Below the pieces are notes generated by a model. It searched no databases. It was not told the DNA's origin and worked only from the letters and a program-made list of their open reading frames with translations. A stretch of 64,000 nucleotides of DNA from the human T2T-CHM13v2.0 reference genome, Homo sapiens, in NCBI RefSeq assembly GCF_009914755.1, contig NC_060930.1; one strand, given 5' to 3'. Shown here in pieces: positions 41,779 through 60,840 of this stretch. Position numbers and translations under genes: made by a program. The number at the start of each line of letters is the position of its first letter. Positions within the stretch are counted from its first letter, which is position 1.

Positions 41779-41927
41779 TTTATTTTTAAAAGAAGCTGGT
41801 TATTTTGGCCTTCTATCTTAACACTCCATTGATTCATCCATTCCTTGGAAGAGCTCTCAGATTACATCCAGAAACTTGTTTTTAGAGGAGAACAAGGTTG
41901 CAAATAACTTTTTCCTCTTTTTTTATT
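41779..41927 (-). terminator. Candidate proximal poly(A) signals
   Basis: AATAAA hexamers at 41922-41927 and 41779-41784. Downstream elements are weak. Confidence 0.3.
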
Positions 41928-42096
41928 CCCTCTTCCCCCCAAGAAGCAGGCACCTTGAAGTGTCATGAATAATGCACTCTTGATCTGACTTGCCTTGTTA
42001 CCCCTGGCCAGCCCAAGCAGCTGAGGTCTGAGCTTTACTTGCCCTGCATCATTGTGCAATACTGGAAAAGAAAAATAATCCACTGGTCTATACCCC

Positions 42097-43765
<1,669 letters not shown>

Positions 43766-45061
43766 TATTTCCTCCTATGGCTCAAGTGAATTCCTTATAG
43801 TTTATCTATGCTAAATGGCACTTTATACTCTAATCTTCAAAGGGCTGTGATCCTCCTATCAGGGCCTCAAAAGTTGAGTTATGGACAGGATACATTTGGT
43901 CCCTGTTTCACTTTAGCAAAGCCCAAATTTATTGATATTCTGGGAAAAATGAAACATGTATTGTCTGTTCTATCAATGTGACAAGTTGTAAATATAATGT
44001 TACGTTATTACATGATGTTTTTCCCCTGAACACATATTGTCTTCCTAAATAGACAGTTTTGTCAACGGCAGGGGCCGTTATTTGTGCGCCTTCAAATGAC
44101 CCTTAACATCATGTCAAGTGCTTGGTTAACTGATTCATTGACTGACAGTTCCTAACTTTTGTTTCAAGCTGATTTATATGCTGATTTAGGAAATTATAAA
44201 AGTATGTTAAACACTTAAAAATGGCTCTAAACTGATTTTATAATGTTGATAATCTCCTTGGTGGCCAAATGGCTTAGAAACCAATTTCCAAAGAGTTGAT
44301 TAATTAGCTCCGGATGTGAGTTTTTAAAAAAAAAATCTGCCACGTCACATAAAAGACAGGGCAAGACCTTCGGGGTGAAAAATCTTAGCAAGCACTTCCT
44401 TTGGGCTCCTCATAGAGCTCTGATTCACGTGAGATGGATGCTGACTAAATGCTTTTGACTGCTTCGTTAAAGTGAATGAAGAATACTTGTTTTAAACCAA
44501 TGTTTGTGTCCCTTTTGATAAGAGTAAGTAGGCAAAAGGCTTAGTCAACACATATTACTTGAACACCCAGTGTATGCCAGACTCTGGTAGCTACTGAGCT
44601 GTAATTTTGAGGAATTTCATAGCTCTTAAGATACTACCACTTTTTTACTAGCAAAAGGAGAAAGCAGCTGAGTAAACAAAGGTATTATACTATATCTGCA
44701 ATTTCCCCTTTTTTCACTTCCCTGAATTGGACCTGTCAATGACCATCCATAATATATCAATTGGTAGCTTTCTGAGTGAGTGGAAATCTTCATAGATCAC
44801 TCTTGCCCTTGTGGGCATAGCAATACTACATAGGAACCTTTTCTGTGAATGGATACAAGCTGTGCTTGGGCTGTTCTCCAAGGAATCCATTAGACAAAGA
44901 CATAGCTGAAAGGCACAAAATCAACTAGTTTATGAAAACCTGGAAAAAGGACTTAAATGTGGCACTTAGATATTGGAGTTAGGTGTTACAAACTTAATTT
45001 ACTTAGTAGTGCTTTAACAAAGATGTGATAGCTGGGGTCTTACTGCAATTGCTCTGAAATT

Positions 45062-45397
45062 GCATTGCCGATAGCTTTTGCTAACTGACCTGTATAATTC
45101 CTCCCTTTCTTTTATTTGAGACTACAATGTACATACTTGAAAATATTATTTCCCAGCCTAGTTTTCAACTAGAGGTGTTTCATGTGACATAGTTCTGGAC
45201 AATGCAATGTAACTGAAGGTCATCTAAGGATGCTTGTTAGAAAACCAGAGGGCATTTTGTTTGAAATAGTATAATGAAGCCACTGGGATGAGATCTTGTC
45301 TGCCTCCTTTTGGAATTCTCTTCTAAGAAAACCAAATCTTGGCTAAGCCATTGTAGGTAACGCTGTTACTTGCAGCTGAATCCATTCCTAACCAACA
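45062..45397 (+). mobile_element. Old MLT1 (I/J-like) LTR
   Basis: 'ttcccagcct...catgtgacatagttctggacaatg', end 'ttacttgcagctgaatccattcctaac'. Confidence 0.6.
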
Positions 45398-47449
45398 ATG
45401 TTTCCTAGGTCAGTTAACATTTACCAAAACCTCTTTTAAGATGATCTAAGAATTCTTGCTTCATAGTTAATTTGACTATAGTATTTACAGACTTAAATGT
45501 ATATAATGCAAATATTTGATTTTTAAAGACACATTGGCCAAACTTTTGGTAGTTTTTATCAATTATTAATAGCTACTAAAGGAAGCTAGGCATTGGAATT
45601 CTTTTTACCGCTAATGTAAAGCCTATTTATTCTTCAAAGCTGTCTCTTACGGGTCTCCAATCAGGAAAGATGAGTTTATCATAACAAGTAGAAAGGTTCG
45701 TGTAAACTGCATTTAGGAAAAGGCACGTTTTTTTCATTTGGAGGTCATGAACTGTTCCTTCTTGCATTTTATCAGGAGCTCAACATATGTGTATTACATT
45801 TAGTCTAATGATTCTTAACAATGTTAATTGTTCATTCCTATCTTCGGCAAAACTCCTTGAAGAGACAGAATACAGTACTTGCTCTATTATTCCCTTGACT
45901 AAAATACAATGTTAGAATAAGGGTTAAGGTAATTAAAATAATTCTTTAATGAGAGCATCTCTCTTCAGAAATGAGGACTCCTGCTATCTTTGTAGTCACA
46001 AGGTGGGGAAAGGCTACATAGAGCTACAGCTAAATTTGGCTTGCCTTTGATAGTGGTCATTTTTATGGAACATTAGGTACACTATGTAGGCCAGATTTTT
46101 GCTTTATGTAGTACAAAGGCCTGTAGGTGTAGGAAGATGATACTAAACCATATTAGATTAGGTAATCACTTTAAATGTGGTCGAGACTGAAAATACAATT
46201 TCCAAACTTTGTTTGGAGATGGCGTGTTTTATCCCACTCATATGTTTAGATATTTTATAGGATTTTCCTACTGATATTCACTCATTTGACTGTCACAATA
46301 ATCTGCCCATTTTCTAGCAGTTCAAATGTATTGCCTGCTCCAGTCAAGGTAACTCTTTCACTGCCCTGTGTGCATGTTCCTCATTAGTCTTATCTTCTTA
46401 GCTTTGTTTATGTTATTTTCTGTCCCTTAAAATACTTTCCTCAATTCTGGTCATATTAAAATTCTATTCATTGGTCTGTTAAGGGTCAGTTAAAGTCTCC
46501 TATTTGCTATGAATCCATTTCTAATGATTCCAGTGATATATATATATATATTCCTTAAATTTTTATTGCCCTAACTAGTCACTCATTTTGGCCCACAACC
46601 ATGTGCTGTTTTGCTCTGGAATTAAATGGTTTTCTCAAGATATGTTCTATCTCTTGGTTGGATTGCAAATTCTTCATGGCTAGGGAATGCATTTTATCTT
46701 ACTTTTATACTCTGCAGGACATCTGGTAAAGTGATAGATGCCCAAAAGATGCCCATTAACTTCTTTTTGAATTAAATAAACTATAATTCTTGATTCTAGA
46801 TGGGTCCAAAAATAGATCTTTTTATTACTTATTCTAAAATTTATTATACATCTTTGTACCTATATAAATATCGATTGTATCCAGAAGAGCTATATACTAT
46901 TTACTTTCATTCAATGCAATATATATTTATTTAGAGTTTGTTATATAATAACTTTTGCTAGCCGATATATAAGATATAAGGGTAAACAAGGAACACAATC
47001 TTTTTCAACAACTGTCCAGAAAGTCATTTTCACTTAAGTAATTCTGAGACCAAGATTATAGCTTCTAATGCAACTGCTTTAAAAATAGGGATATATACCT
47101 AAAAAATTATATTGGCACTTGTAACAAAGCCATCAATACTTCTCTAAAAATAAAGAAGCAAGAGCATGAATAAAGAAGAGAATATGTCAGAGTGAGTTTT
47201 CTTTTTGTAGATGTTACTTCTATTGTCGTATAATGAGAAAATATACTACTGTGAAAACAGCATAATTATTTATTTTAAGTTCCTGCTAATGCATTTAGAA
47301 TGTCTATATTTATTAAAATGCTAGATATTACTAGGATTTTAGACTTTAAAATAACTTTAATTAATTAATATGAAATAACTGTGTATAGTATCAATGGAAT
47401 TAATTGTATGGAGAGATAAAAGTTTAATAAAAGTTTTATTTGTTTAATC

Positions 47450-47659
47450 CAGGGTTTCCCAACTGGGCACTATTGACACTTTGGGCTGGATAATTCTTTA
47501 TTGTCGGGGACTGTCATGAACTTTGGAGGATGTTTAGCACCATTCCACTACCCACTAGATGCCAGATGCACACCCCACAGTTATAACAACCAAATATTTC
47601 TTCAGACATTGTCAAATGTTGCCTGTGGGGCAAATTTGGCTTCAATTGAAAATTATTGG
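47450..47659. mobile_element. MER20 (hAT-Charlie)
   Basis: 'gcactattgacactttgggctggataattcttt...tacccactagatgccag...cagacattgtcaaatgt'. Confidence 0.85.
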
Positions 47660-47876
47660 TTTAGTCAAAAGAAAAAGAAATAATATACTCACTCATACAC
47701 ACACATACTTAATTATCTGTTTCTGATTATAAAATCAGGATACATTTCCATGGAAAATTTGGGAAAGATGAAAAATAGTGGTGAAACAAATTATTCCAGA
47801 ATCCCGTAACACAGAAAACTGCTGTTAACAACTTCAAGAATTTATTCCAGTCATTTGTTTATTTATCTTCCAAGCT

Positions 47877-47886
47877 TATGTATGTA

Positions 47887-47921
<35 letters not shown>

Positions 47922-47924
47922 ATA
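47877..47924. repeat. (TATG)n(TG)n(TATG)n microsatellite
   Basis: Read directly from the sequence. Confidence 0.9.
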
Positions 47925-49610
47925 TTCATTTATGTATCTACCCATCTGTTCAGATAGGTAACTACCTATATAACTAATTCAAAGAACTGGATTGCTACCA
48001 ACCAAAAATTAGAATTTAGGATTACTCTTGCAACTCTGTCCAGATGCCAATCAACCATGGAGAGTCTGTTTTCCAATTTCTGCAGTGTTTTCTGTCTTTG
48101 TTTCTTACTTTTCACTTTGGTTTCCATTCTGAGGCTGGAACCATTTTTCGAGCATCTGCTCTCTTGAAAGAAGCCCCAATTTTCTCTTTAGCTTTTTCTA
48201 ATAGTATTTTATTCCCTGCAGTTCCACCCTTACTCAGAGATTCTTAATCCAATTCAAGTAATCCACCTCAAACTGATGCACCAGTGTCCACCCCAAAGAC
48301 ACTGGTGGCCCACCAATTCAGGTGATGCATGGATCACATATAAATGTGACATGCCCCACTGAATGATGATTGGAACTACATTATATTATTTCCCAGTACC
48401 CAGTCCTAACTGTTCTTTGAGTCTGTCCCATTTTCCCACCAAAATCTTTAATTCTCACCTGAGGCCACTGCTTGTTTTAAGAACAACTCCATTCAAGTTC
48501 TGGACTTGTTTTACATGCAGTTACCTAATATATAAAGAGGAATTTTGTTCTTACTAAGTAGGGCTGTATGCTGTGTACCATGAAAATGCGGCTGATTCTT
48601 CCTGAGGGATCAGGGAAAGCTTCAAAAGGTTTAGGCAGAGGATGATGTTAATGACAGTTTAGGCTGATGGGATAACATGAATAGAGACAAAAACCCCTGT
48701 AAACTATGAAGAGGTAGTTGTGTGTTTAAAGTTTATAATTGTTATTTTTTTTCCCTCAGTAGAGATTAGCTCACTGCTATAGCGAGCTGGTATACTATTG
48801 TCCACAGTATATTTTTGATTTATGTTCCAAAATCTGACTGCCACACTTTGGTCATGATTTCCCTGAATTACATTAGTATATATTTGCACACTGCATTAGA
48901 TTAATATAATAAGTAACTCACTCGGGACATTATTAGATGACTAATATTTCCTTTAGCACAGTTTTTTGAAATAAAAGAGAGAGTTCTTAAGGGTAAAAAA
49001 GAGTTGGACAGAGGAAAAACTGGGAGAAAAATTCAAGGAGGGAGATGAATAGAAATAATAAGGGGGTGTGTGTGTGTATTGAGTACTCCACAAGTCTGAT
49101 GGGATGCTGATGGGGAGCTCTCTTTCCAAATGAAAGCAATTAGAAGCATGGTGTAACAATAAGGAAAACCTACATGGCAGCTTGCTAACATGCCCCCATT
49201 TAACAATGATTTGGTAAGTTCTGCTATTTGCAATTGAGCCACATGAAAAAGATAAAGATCATGAAGGTTCTTCATGGTCATGGTCGTGCAGGTCTGCCAG
49301 AGTGAATATTTAAGTGTTTTTAAATTAAAAAAAAATTATTGTTACCAAACAAAACTGATACCAGTCCTCAGTGAGGTGGGGAGCACTCAGAACTGGTTAT
49401 AATTCCGTTTGAGCTTCTAGTAATCATTCTCCAACAAATAAAGATGACTTCTAAAGTAAGATGGTTCTTCTCTGAGAAACAGCTCCAGCCTTCCTTTAAG
49501 AACATTTTTTCCAAACTCCTACTCTTCTAATGTAAGCTTCCATATTGTAATTGCATCTAACATTGCTGTAGGAAAACTCTCTGGTGACGTAGTTAGGCCT
49601 AAAGAGAAGT

Positions 49611-49909
49611 TTTTCTTTTTTCTTTTTTTTGAGACGGAGTCTCACTCTTTCACCCAGGCCATAGTGCGGTGGCGAGATCTCAGCTCCCTGCTACCTCTGC
49701 CTCCCGGGTTCAAGTAATTCTCCAGCCTTAGCCTCCTGAGTAACTGAGATTACAGGCACCTGCCACCACACCTGGCTGATTTTTGTATTTTCAGTAGAGA
49801 TGGGTTTTGCCACATTGGCCAGGCTGGTCTCAAACTCCCGACCTCAAGTAATCTGCCCGCCTCGGCCTCCCAAAGTGCTGGGATTATAGGCGCGAGCCAC
49901 GGCGATGGC
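49611..49909 (-). mobile_element. AluS (Sx/Sz-like)
   Basis: Full antisense dimer with T tail. Confidence 0.95.
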
Positions 49910-50929
49910 AAGATTTTTTTTTTTTTTTTTCCCAGAGCAATGTTGTTCTATAAATCCAATATCATTTTTACAGTTGCCATTTTAATCCTACACTCAATCT
50001 CTCCAAAACCTACAATTCCAAAGAAAATACTTTTAACGAGGATGAAATTCAATTGGAACTAATTGTAACTGACTCAATTAATGCTCTCTACTGAGTTTTT
50101 CTTTGCTATGTTGCTTTAATAAGCATGATCTGTGGGTTTCTAGTTTATTTTAATCAGCAGAATTAGAATTCTCATTTGCCTTCAGAAGACATACTGGTGG
50201 GTTTTCCTTTTCACTTGAACATGCTAATCAAGATATGAAAGCTTGACACCGATATGAGAGACGTAAGAAATAGAGGTTAAAAAAAAATACTCCTTTTTAT
50301 GACCTGTTCCAAAGAAAGCTTACTACTTTCCCTTAGAAGTTATTTCTTCATTTGGTTAGCTACACTTTCAATAATTGTGTTTGTGAAAATCACCCCCGAT
50401 CGTGACATCCCAATGCCAACTAAATGAATGAATAATGAATAAAAAAAATAAAACCACAATCAACTGAAAACTCAGTCCAGCAAAGCAGATGCAAAAAAGT
50501 CTGGATAATACATCAGTATTTTAAGTTATTGTTCACTTCTTTGGCATTATGTGGGATCATTTATCCATTGTTCCTTCTCTTTAGCTGGCTGATTCCTACT
50601 TAGCATGTTCTCAAGCATAATCTCACCACTCGAACATGCGTGATCTCTAACACTTTCCGCTTGCCCTACTCACCCGCATTCCACCAACTTAGACATCTCT
50701 GCCCTGTATTCCAACCCAAATCACAGTACTTACTATACGCTAGACTGAGATTGCCCGTTGGTGGGCCCATCTTTTAGCCAGTCCAGAAACTCTTCACTGG
50801 CCAGGTTAGGCACTTGCCTTTTTCACTTTTGTATATTAATTATTGGCTTATGGTAAATGCTCAATAAATGTTTTTAAAACTGAATTGGCCATGATCTACA
50901 TGTAGAAATTTTAAAGATATTTGAACACA

Positions 50930-51170
50930 TTCTTCTTGTAATAGTTATTATTGTAATGATACTTACTAGATTAACAATAATAGGTATAATCTATATAAAT
51001 ATATTAATTTATATTTAATATATTTTATGTAATTTACTCTATACATTTTTAATAGAATTATTTTATATAACTTATAAAATTTATTGAGGAATTAAATATA
51101 AATTATAACTTTAATAATAATAAATGTTACTATTTATCATTAGTTCTTACAATAATTATTATTAACAGCC
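50930..51170. repeat. Extremely AT-rich low-complexity tract
   Basis: Read directly from the sequence. Confidence 0.75.
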
Positions 51171-51869
51171 CTATATTCAGCAATGGGTTTTGTGAAATAG
51201 ATATTATTTGCCTCATTTTACTGAGAAGGAAACTTGCTGAGTGTCACCCAGTGATTCTGAATTTTTCTCCCATTTCCTCCTCTGTTCAGTTCACATTGAC
51301 AGAGGTGGAAATAGATGTCAATTATACCTAATTGGGAAATTAGCATATTATTCATTAATTTGGCTGGTTCAGGATTATGGATATCTAACAGAGAATGGAA
51401 TATGAAATGAAATTACTTGTTCTATGTTGTTCTTTGACAGGGTAGAAACAGGTTCATAAGACACTCCTTTTGCCTGAGAGATGATGAACTCTTTAGATAT
51501 TTTCTAATCCCCATAATGTCTAGTCTTGAGGTGATGATCAGTGTGTATTTGTATACTGACTGCTTCTAATTTAGTATCATCTAAAGTAAATAGATGATTA
51601 TCAAGCCCCAAAGGTTGCTCAATTTATACAATGGCCAAAGCTTCTACCTCTTGGTTCTTATATAGCCCACAAAGGGTAGGGGGTGTTTAACAGGAATTCT
51701 CTAAGCTGCTACTGCCAGGGACATGTATGATGGTTTTACCTGGAAACCTTTGATAATGTTGTTCAATGAGGGAGGGCCTCGCTTTATCTTGTCCTTAAGC
51801 AAGAAGTGACTTCACTTGAAATATTCCCATCCCAGTACAGAATGAGTCAGAGTAAAGAGCAGAGAGTAG

Positions 51870-52227
<358 letters not shown>

Positions 52228-52424
52228 TCAGTCCTTAGCACTCAGGAGGTTACAGGATTTTATTAGGTCTCTAATAAGAAAAAATAAAACTTAGTAGCAG
52301 ATTCTCATTGTATAATTTTCAGAGCAGTTGTATATTTTATATATATATCTTAGTGTATAGATAAAAGACATATAGTCTCATCCAGAGTTTGCATTCAGTC
52401 ATTTTGACAATTTATTTTGTAGTT

Positions 52425-54025
<1,601 letters not shown>

Positions 54026-54154
54026 GGAGAGAAAAAGTGAGAAGAGAAATAGCAATAGAGATGGGAGATGGGGATGCCCTAAAACTTCTTGACAATTGCA
54101 GTCAAGATTTTCATACTCAAAGTGGGCCAAACTTGGTAATTAACACGATTTGAT

Positions 54155-54370
54155 ATTGTAGTTAGTAGCAAATTCCCCCAGAACAGACTGCTTGTGTTTA
54201 AATCCCATATCTCCTACTTCTGAGATCTGTGACCTCAGGCCGTTTTTGTAAGCCTCCACGTATCTGTTTCCTCATCTGTAAAAAAGGGTGACAGTGAGAT
54301 GTACCTCATGGGATTGTTAGGCGTTTTAGATAAGTTAGTACATGTGCTTGGAACACAGTAAGTGCTACAT
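54155..54370 (+). mobile_element. MIR
   Basis: 'tctgtttcctcatctgtaaaaaaggg...gtacctcatgggattgtt'. Confidence 0.8.
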
Positions 54371-54643
54371 TGAATGGAAAAGCACAGTGCTGCCAACTGC
54401 AGGACGACTGTCATGGAGAACGTTCCAAATTGTTGGACTTGGAATGCCAACTTCTGAATGCAGCTTGGTTACTGATGTCTTTACTGCCCCAGCTGAGTTG
54501 GCTTTGTAAGGGGGGGGATTCCCGGAGCTCTCTTTTCAGCTTTCCTTGCTGCAGGGCCTTGGTGCTGCCAAAAGATGAAGCACCACTGCAGAGCCAGCAC
54601 ACACAGGATGGCTTGCTTTCCTGCTCTCTCTCTTTCCCTGCTA

Positions 54644-55638
<995 letters not shown>

Positions 55639-56772
55639 TTTTATAACAAATATTTTTGGAAAATAAAATGCACTAAAACTTTTGTTGTCATTGCTGATTT
55701 ATAAGTAAGTTTCATTTGAGTATAGGAGTTATAACAGGAACATTGGGTGAGAGTTAAGCCCAGAAGGATTTGAATATCCAAACCATGCCACCACTAAAAG
55801 GGATGGCTTCCTGGTAATATGTTAGTTGTGTTATCACTGAAAAGAGAATGCCAGTTGGGCATATGAGAAGTGGGAAGTTATTTTGAGAAGATGATAACAT
55901 GAATATTAACATAGGAGGAGGGAGGAGGAGCCATGTGGAACTAAAAATTCATTGCTTTAGGCAGAGAAGAGCAATGAATGGAATAATCTGGAGTGGGGCT
56001 GAAAATCTTACAATGGTCAAGAGGAAGGAATTGGTAGTTTATAAACTAAATACAAGCATATACTTTAAAAATTAAGACCTAGAATAAAAAAGAAAATAAT
56101 AAATACAAGAACTTGCAGAAATAACAATTATGACAATCTTATCATTTGTTGAGGGATCATTTAGGGAATAAAAATTAATTCTTTCATTTGAAGGACATTT
56201 CCTGAGTGCTGCCCGGTAAGATATGGTAAAATGTCATCACTTTAAAGTTTAATAACTTCTTTTTGTCCCATTTGAAAACCATATCACATCCATATGCCTG
56301 AATTTAACAGTTCATTAATTGCAAGCTCTGGAGATCTTTTATCCTATAAAGAGTAAAATGGATGCTGACTTAGGATTTTTACAATAGCAAAAGCTGGAGA
56401 ATGTTTTTAAAATGTCTGATTCAATCATTAGGATGTATTTATGAAATGGAAGGACTCTTACTTTGCAAACTTAGATTATGCACAGCTTTGATTTCTACTA
56501 AATATGATTCAAGAGAAAAATCTTCAAAGCTGTAGCACAGATGCTTGATAAAAGCATAATGCTTCAAAGGACAAGTTTTAAGGGGCATCCCTGAATGTTT
56601 TGTGGCCTTTCTTCCCAATGAAGATGAAATAAAAACATTCCACAGCTGGATTTTTTTCTGAACAGAATGCCCTGAAGCCAATGGAAAACCAGTTAACCCA
56701 AAAGTTCAGGAATGGGATGATTCTGATCATTGGAATAGTCATTAAATTAATCAACCAGAACTTCCTTTTTGA

Positions 56773-57102
<330 letters not shown>

Positions 57103-57284
57103 TGTAGAGATTTTTCTAAAATGTGTTAGACTTTTGTTCCTCTTCTGTATCTAGTCCTGACAAAAAGAAAAGGTTGTATGTGTAGCAACTAAAAAGATGC
57201 ACTGTGGAGTCAGGCATTTTGGTCCCAGTTCTGGCTCCATATATTGAATAATATACTTTGGAGTCATCATTTTATCATGCATTA

Positions 57285-57530
57285 ATAATCAAGAGGCAAT
57301 ATGGTATATGAGTCAAGGCATCAGGCTATGTGGGTTTACATTTCTTCACTACCATCTATTAGATGGACAAATGAACTACTCCATGGCTCGATTTGCTAAC
57401 CTGCAAAATGGAGAGAATAACAGTATCTGCTTCAAAGACTTGCTGTGTTAAATGAAACACAGATACATGAGTCCCTTAGTACAAATATCTGGTACACAAT
57501 TACTGTGCTCCCTTAAATGTTAACTATTAC
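57285..57530 (+). mobile_element. MIR
   Basis: 'acctgcaaaatggagagaataacagtatctgcttcaaag'. Confidence 0.6.
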
Positions 57531-58159
57531 TGAGTAATATTATATAGTTGTAGCAGCATAGGAATTTAAGTTGAATGTGTACCAGGCCTAGAGCAGAGTT
57601 TTAAAGTTTTCTTCTCTGATTATTTTGAAATTTGTCTTTTTTGTCTTTAGAAGTTAATTGTGGAAAAATGCTGATTAACAAAGGGTTTAGTTAATTGGAT
57701 TAAACTAATTGAGGCATTCCTTATATGTATGTTCTTATTCAGAATAAGCTGAGTTGTTTTCATTTGGTAGGGTGAAGCTGAAAAAGAGCTTTCTCATCTC
57801 TAATTTATTCTGCAAATAACAGCAAACCATTCACACTCAGGAGGAGAACACGGTTGAGTTGCTGGGCAGCCAGCTGAGTTCTATCAGCCCATGGGGCAGG
57901 AAGACCCTTGCCAGAGGACTCTCTCAGAAATGGCAGGAGCAGGAGTCAATTGAACTTATTCCTGATGAGTACAGTACAGGCTTCCTTTCAAATGGAAAAG
58001 GCCCTCTTCTCACCACAGTTTGCTGCAATCAGTCCCCTTTCAGCAGTCCACAGCTTAGCCTTGGCCTTATTACAACATAAATTTATAAACAGAAGTTCTT
58101 TCAAAAAATATTTGATGTTAATTCTTGAAGTCAGGGAATTGAGGATAGCAGGTGGGGAA

Positions 58160-58410
58160 GATAGCAACACGGCAGAGGGGTCTGGAGCACCAGCTCTGGT
58201 TTTTATGCCAGGTTCAGTCCCCATCTGTGTTACTTCCCAACTAGATAACCTTCAACAAGAAACTGCTCCATGTAGTCTTCCTCATATGCAAGACAAAGAA
58301 TGCAAACTCCTATCTTACTGTGTTGCTGAGAACAGTAAACGAGATAATCTGTATAATGTGCCCTTGGCACTTACTAAACATTCAATAAATGTTAGCCATC
58401 ATTTTTATTT
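58160..58410 (+). mobile_element. MIR
   Basis: 'ttcctcatatgcaagac...gagataatctgtataatgtgcc...cattcaataaatgttagc'. Confidence 0.65.
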
Positions 58411-58558
58411 ATGGATGAACATTCATTTGGGGTCTTGGCTATATACTCACAGTATATCAAAATACATTTCTAAGATTCATTCTTGAAGCTATCAGTAGAA
58501 ATGAAGTCAATCATGATAACATGCCAGAACATTTATTGCTCTCTTGTGATAAATTTTA

Positions 58559-58963
<405 letters not shown>

Positions 58964-60569
58964 TCAAATGAAGACCCATGCAGACAGCTAAGATGATAAA
59001 ATAGCTAACTGGACCCCAGGGAAAGATGAGCTTGGCCACGTGACTACCAGAAAGTTTAGACAAATGATCTGAAGGTTTCTAAACCTATATAAAAACTCTA
59101 GGGTTTTTTTCAGTAGTTACAGAACAAAATAAAACAGGTCCACATTGTTTCTTTTCAGACCATATTCACTTATAATTGACTGACAACAACCTAGGTTTCA
59201 GAAATTTTAAATAATGAGCTGATAAAAGCATGTTAGCAGCTTGTAAAATTTATCTCTTTGATACTCACTGAGATTTCTCAAGAGGTAGATTAGTTAACAT
59301 TGACATGGGAATCTTCAATAAGATAGCCTGCCTTTCAAATAAATCAAACAACTAATCAGCAGATATTAATTAAACACCTACCATATGCATAATCATGGTG
59401 CTACATGAGAGCACATTCAACTTTTTCTCTAACATATGTATCCTCCTTCCACGTGCCCAACAAGTACATAAGTTGCACAGATATTTTCTAGAATTTGGAA
59501 AGTTCTTCCATATTTAGAGTTGGAATTCATCATCTTAAATTTCCAAAATTTGCTCCCAGTTGTATCCTCGTATGCCAAGTATTTTGCCACATACCCATAC
59601 TTCGAATACTGGAGATAGTAGCATGGTATGTTCCTTCTACTCCAGGTCAATCATCTCATTACTTTAACTTTTACTCAGATGATGTCTGCATAGGATTCCA
59701 TTTGGAGTATCATATAGCAATGAAAATGCCTTGAAACCAAAGCCTGTGCCTTTGATTTGCCCCTCAGCACCTAGCAGTGTCATGCGGATAGTGGGCACTA
59801 AACAAATACTTTTGAATCTAGTGCTAAGATGTTTTGTAGATAAACTTGTTAAGCTCAAAAGCAGACTGAGGTTTTGGGGAGAAGTAGATGATAACCCCTG
59901 TGATCATCTCTTAACTACAGTTAAGGAAGATGGCAGAGAGATGAACATTTACCTGCTGTGAATTGTTATACTTCTTTCATTTTCTGTACTGTAGTGGGTA
60001 GTGACACTGTCTTCTAATGTGATGATTGAGATGATTTCTGTGACAAATGTGGTCCAGTCAGTACTGTACAAATTCTGTCTTCACCAACGGTGGAGGTCCT
60101 CAAAGGAAAGAAACCCGTTTCTCTCTTATGAGGCAGAGTATCCTAACAATTCTTTTTGGATAAGTTTACTGAGTCTATGAATGAACTAATAAATGCTTTA
60201 AAAAAATAGGTTTTCTCTGCCACATTGCTGTTTTCCATGAAGAAGGGTTATTTTGATTTGCTAGTGGAGTTGCCTGCCGCTTCAATGCTGAGAAAAGATG
60301 TTACTACATGGAAATGTATACATGAAAATTATTTTCCATATTCAATTTTAGGAGTTAATCTTCCATGAAAATGTAAATACTCCTGAGAAGACTCACTTTA
60401 TAAGCACAGTAGTTTTTTATTTCTTTGGGTGAATGAGTTTTTCATATTCTTTCCTAAGGTATTGATAAAGTAGGATAGGTACAAAGGAAGGACCCACTAA
60501 ATGGGGAGATGTACACAAAGGGACCATGGAGAACACCGCTGTATCTGAATCCCATTAACTCTCTGTGAG

Positions 60570-60840
60570 GCAGGCATATTACACTCTCCTCTCATTTAAT
60601 GGTTAAGAAATGGAGGCTTGGAAGAATCAGAGACATGCAAATGTACAGAGTTCTTTTGGTAGACACGACCAAAACCCAAATCGTCAGACTCTTACTCCAG
60701 TGTAAGGAGACTGATCTCCTTGAGGATCAGTCTTGAGGGCAATGACTGTGTCTTGCCATCATTACTGTATCATCTTTTCCTATGTCAGTACCTGGCACTC
60801 AGTAAATATTAGTTTTTTTTGTAAAATTGAGGAATGAATG
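60570..60840. mobile_element. Antisense MIR followed by a sense L2 3' end
   Basis: 'ggttaagaaatggaggcttggaag'; 'cttgagggcaatgactgtgtctt...cctggcactcagtaaatatt'. Confidence 0.55.

Larger units (their letters stand above)
20460..42096 (-). other. PTCHD4: PTCHD4 3'UTR, maximal extent (long isoform up to ~21.6 kb; shorter isoforms likely)
   Basis: Follows the stop codon. No Alu or L1 recognised from ~14.4 kb to ~47.7 kb and almost no repeats 31.7-43.7 kb. Candidate distal signal at 20483-20488. My recollection that PTCHD4 has a very long annotated 3'UTR is unverified. Confidence 0.6.

Noticed and set aside
56439-56681. Minus-strand 80-aa ORF as an alternative PTCHD4 terminal exon
   Set aside because: Candidate acceptors are weak (purines between the pyrimidine tract and the AG), and I have no other support.
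57908-58486. 192-aa ORF
   Set aside because: It starts at TTG, runs through a MIR, and shows no recognisable protein features.
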